From Marsupella aquatica (Eukaryota; Plantae; Marchantiophyta): a stretch of 64,000 bases of DNA. The DNA is taken from contig OZ316895.1 in NCBI GenBank assembly GCA_973895155.1, positions 23,386,558 to 23,450,557 on the forward strand, given 5' to 3'. The notes beneath the pieces are model-generated. The model saw only the letters and a program-made list of their open reading frames with translations. It was not told the origin of the DNA and did not search any database. Shown in pieces: positions 60,489-64,000 of this stretch (its first letter is position 1; each line of letters opens with the position of its first letter). A program made the position numbers and the translations under genes.

Positions 60489-63400
60489 CTAAACAGAACC
60501 AACAGGTTGCTTTTCCAAGGCTGCTTTCGCAAACTGCAAAGCTTCCTCCACAGTAGATGCTGATTTTAATGCAGTTATATCGATAGAGGGCTGCTGTCGT
60601 GCAAGCTTTGGGAGGAGAGAAAACTCCTGGAAACAAGTAAACCCAGTAAACCTTTCAAGTTAGATGAAGTCCGTAACTTCCACTTAGGCAATATAAACAG
60701 AACCTCAAGGTATCTTCAGAAGACATGCAGAGCCAGTTCAGTAATACGTGATCACATCAGAACATGGGACCCCCCATATATGTAGGACGAGCTGACTTCC
60801 TCTATCCCGAAATTGCAAAGCGACCAAAATTCCACATTTGTATTGCAAAATTTTCAATGAGAATCTGAGTTCCTTTATCAGGCCATGTTCCTTCCCAGAA
60901 GAAGGGACACCAGGATCCGACCGATTCCCCAGTATCCCTGAATTCTTAATATGTCCCAAGTGTGCTCTATCCAGACTCGTTAAGGCAGTCGAACGCAGCC
61001 GTAATTCCTAGATCCAATCCCCAAAAGTAATTGGCTTGAAAAACATGTACTGTACTACGTTCATCTTGACCACGAACTCGCAAGGATTACGCAATTTTAT
61101 CAAAGAAGCTGACTCAGGATAGAGGAGAAAATTACCTCTGGAGAACCGCTTTCCAGAAAAACACCCTTCAACCGCCCTGCAACATAATGTCTCAACTTAG
61201 TATATGTTCTTTTCAATAACTCTCAAGCTTGGTGCGCCTACCTGCTGGAGATTATAAGTCAAATTCGTAACAAAAGATGGCCTGGTATGTTAGAACCTTT
61301 ATACGACTGTCGATCAAGGTATCGCAAATTTGGTTAATTTCAGAATTTCCCTACAGGATTCATGTGAGCATAGCCTGAGATAATCTTTTGTCAGTTACCT
61401 GTTTTGTTTTGGTAGTGGACAAGTGCGGAACTGCATACTTTTAGATCCCCCTTCTAGATTCTAAACCAGTTCATGGAAAGCGGAGGATAACATATTTGCA
61501 GAACCTCCAAAGACTGCTGTGCGAAACATCTATATCCAAACTTGAAATGGACAGACCTGATAAGCAGCTGTCTAATGAAAACAGTGCGACAGCCGTTGCT
61601 CATTGTCCTACACATAATACAAAACCTACAAGACACTGCTTTCCCGTCAGAAATCTTACCTGATTCTACCCAGAACGCAGCATATTTAGGATCAAAATTT
61701 CCAATTTCGGCAACCTCTCCGACTGCACAACTCAAATTGACAATTCATCAGCAACACGAAATATGACAAGGCAAGTCGAAAACTTTTCGAGGCAAGAAAA
61801 AACGACAAATATAATAATGAGTGCACAACTTTCTTTAGCAGGATAGCAACCATAACGATATTCACCGTCAAAAGGCAAATTTGAGGGGCATTAACCCTTG
61901 TACCCTTACCATTAGTGCCATAAAATTGCCACCACACCTTCCGTCCACTGCCTGGATATTCAAATGTTCTTGAATAGAAAAACGGTAGATAATCATACCT
62001 GCAACCATGACTTCACGGATTAAAAATAAACGCCGTACAAGACCATTGAACAAATTAAGCCGCATGGATGCATATGCTACAGTAACTGAAGAAATATAAA
62101 TTCTATTAAAGGAAGGAAAAATTTGGATGACTGTCCGGGGATCAACACCACAACCAATCACGTGATTTCATATCCCACAAATTCCTTCCAAAGTTGTAAA
62201 CAAACTTTGGCAAAGAGCCCAAACCAAAAGGATAGTTGTCTTCGGAGTGAAGGTTTGAGGTACCGAGTATATAAGTGGGAGTACATACTCTTCCGAGCCA
62301 TTCTGCAACATCGATTTCACACAGTGTGTTGCTGACTTGCGGGCGTGATCAACATGCTCAACTCTCTCTCTCCTGCCATATATCTAAAACGACCGATGGA
62401 TGCACAGTAAGCTTTTTTATTGGAACTTGGACTGTACGCAAGACTGGAAGAGGAACCAGTAAATCCTACAGTAAGTGATCCTTCTGTACACGAGCCTTTC
62501 TACTCCAGGGACTTCATCAATATGCTTTCAATGTATAGTTCGTCAGTGAGAACTAACCAACACCGAGGTATCATCCACTGGTCTGACTTTCCACATAACT
62601 TCCACAACTTTTTATGGCATGCAATTTAAGATAAAGAGCTTAGAATAGTGGCGGCTGACTGCTACATATTGTGATTTATAAATAACCTCCAAGCTTGAAA
62701 GAACTTCAACTGACCCGAAGTGGAAAAGCAGCTACATCTCCAATTGCAAAGATTCCAGGTGAACTTGTCCGGAACAGCCCATCCACCTAGAAATAAGAAA
62801 AAGCTTCAAAGCAAGCATATACTTAGGGCTGCATAATCACATCCTGTCCCCTCAAATCGTTAAGTTCAACCCAAAAGTTAAACACATGCTCCCCAATTAA
62901 GTCTCCTAGGAACCAGTCTTCGAAATGCATAGCAAATTGACCCATTTCTGGAGAATAGTTGGTTAGATGTTTTGAATTTCCCGTAAGATTACTGGGATTC
63001 TAGTTCAACTGGTTACAGCTATTCCTGATTTTTAATAAAAGTACTCAGTGAATATGAGAGGAATAAGGACAAAACCTCAATTGCTCCAAGAGCTTCCTTC
63101 AGTCCAGATTCCAACCAAGGGCCAGAAGCTGGTTTGGCTCCGATGCCCACAACAACCTGGATTCGCCACCATGAATCAATTAACGGAAAACTAAATCAGT
63201 GTCTCCAGACGGATGGAAGGAGCAGGGGAAGGGGCAAAGATTTTTCTTCTGAATGAGGGCTATCATCTGGAATTAAGAGGTATCACTCGAAAGCTTGGAG
63301 CAGTCTCCGTTAAAAGCCTATTGACACTTCAAGGCAGAATTCATTCTACCGTGCAGAATTCATTCTACCGTGTCTGGCCAAGTCATCAACAGATCAACAA

Positions 63401-63980
63401 GACGTACTTTCAGGAATTAAGAAGTGAGCAGAGGTTTTCTTTTTAGCATTATAAAGAAAACAAAAAATCTTTTGTATCATGAAACGATCTTATTCGTCCT
63501 GTGCTGAAATATACAAGCAAACAAGGACACAGTTTGTGATTTCTTTCACAAACGAGTTAATTTGAATTTCGTACTCACAGTATCAGCATCCAAAACTGTG
63601 CCATTTGCGAGTTCCACCTTTGCAACTCCACCATTGTCTCCAGGGATGAGCTTTGATACTGACGTTTCCTGGTAACCCCAAAATTTTCCATTGCTTCAAG
63701 ATTCCAAGGCTCATGGACGTGCTATAATGTGAACTCTGACAGTTGCTAGATTCGCTTCTCTCCAGGTAGTTTGATCTACAAAGCATCTGTATAACCTACG
63801 CATGTTTGTGTTGCTGATACAGTACTCAAGGGACCAAGGAAGGAAATAGACTGTTGATATTCCCTGAAGTTCACAAACCTTGACAATGTTTACTTCGTTC
63901 TTTTCCAGGAGCCCCTCGTACAATTTGGCGATGGTTGGAGTGAAAAGCCGAGGCATAACATGCTTCTCGGGAAACACAAG
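60489..63980 (-). CDS. MDAR: Monodehydroascorbate reductase, plastid/mitochondrial type (MDAR5/6-like), 5'-partial, 9 visible exons
   Basis: Exons 63980-63879, 63668-63579, 63156-63076, 62786-62715, 62383-62289, 61998-61910, 61722-61660, 61176-61136, 60626-60489; GT..AG introns, phases consistent. Peptides FPEKHVMPRLFTP, VVVGIGAKP, IFAIGDVAAFPL, RVEHVDHARKSA, YDYLPFFYSRTFEYPGSGRKVWWQFYG (insert typical of the organellar form), GVFLESGSPEEF. Confidence 0.95.
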
Positions 63981-64000
63981 CTGCAGAAAAAAGGTATCCA

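Overview
Eukaryotic, intron-rich land-plant nuclear DNA; the gene style suggests a seed-free plant, probably a bryophyte (inference). Three genes could be spliced by hand with consistent GT-AG introns and phases: (1) the 3' part of a DM13/DOMON/cytochrome b561 protein gene (+, <1..4872); (2) a complete 13-exon cellulose synthase CesA (-, 14935..20804, 1111 aa); (3) the 3' part of an organellar-type monodehydroascorbate reductase (-, 60489..>63980). The ~40 kb between CesA and MDAR is mostly repeat-derived. It holds a 5'-truncated CRE-like non-LTR retrotransposon with a restriction-like endonuclease, a TA-flanked MITE family, a hAT-like MITE family (8-bp TSD seen), a tRNA-derived SINE (second copy near 10.3 kb), many local tandem duplications and several decayed ORFs. 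The most unusual signal is a CpG-rich block about 4-7.5 kb upstream of the CesA start codon carrying 27 dispersed copies of the hexamer TGCCCG/CGGGCA. Next to it lies a ~176-codon dead ORF whose only in-frame stops are TGA. All calls come from reading the sequence; no searches were run.
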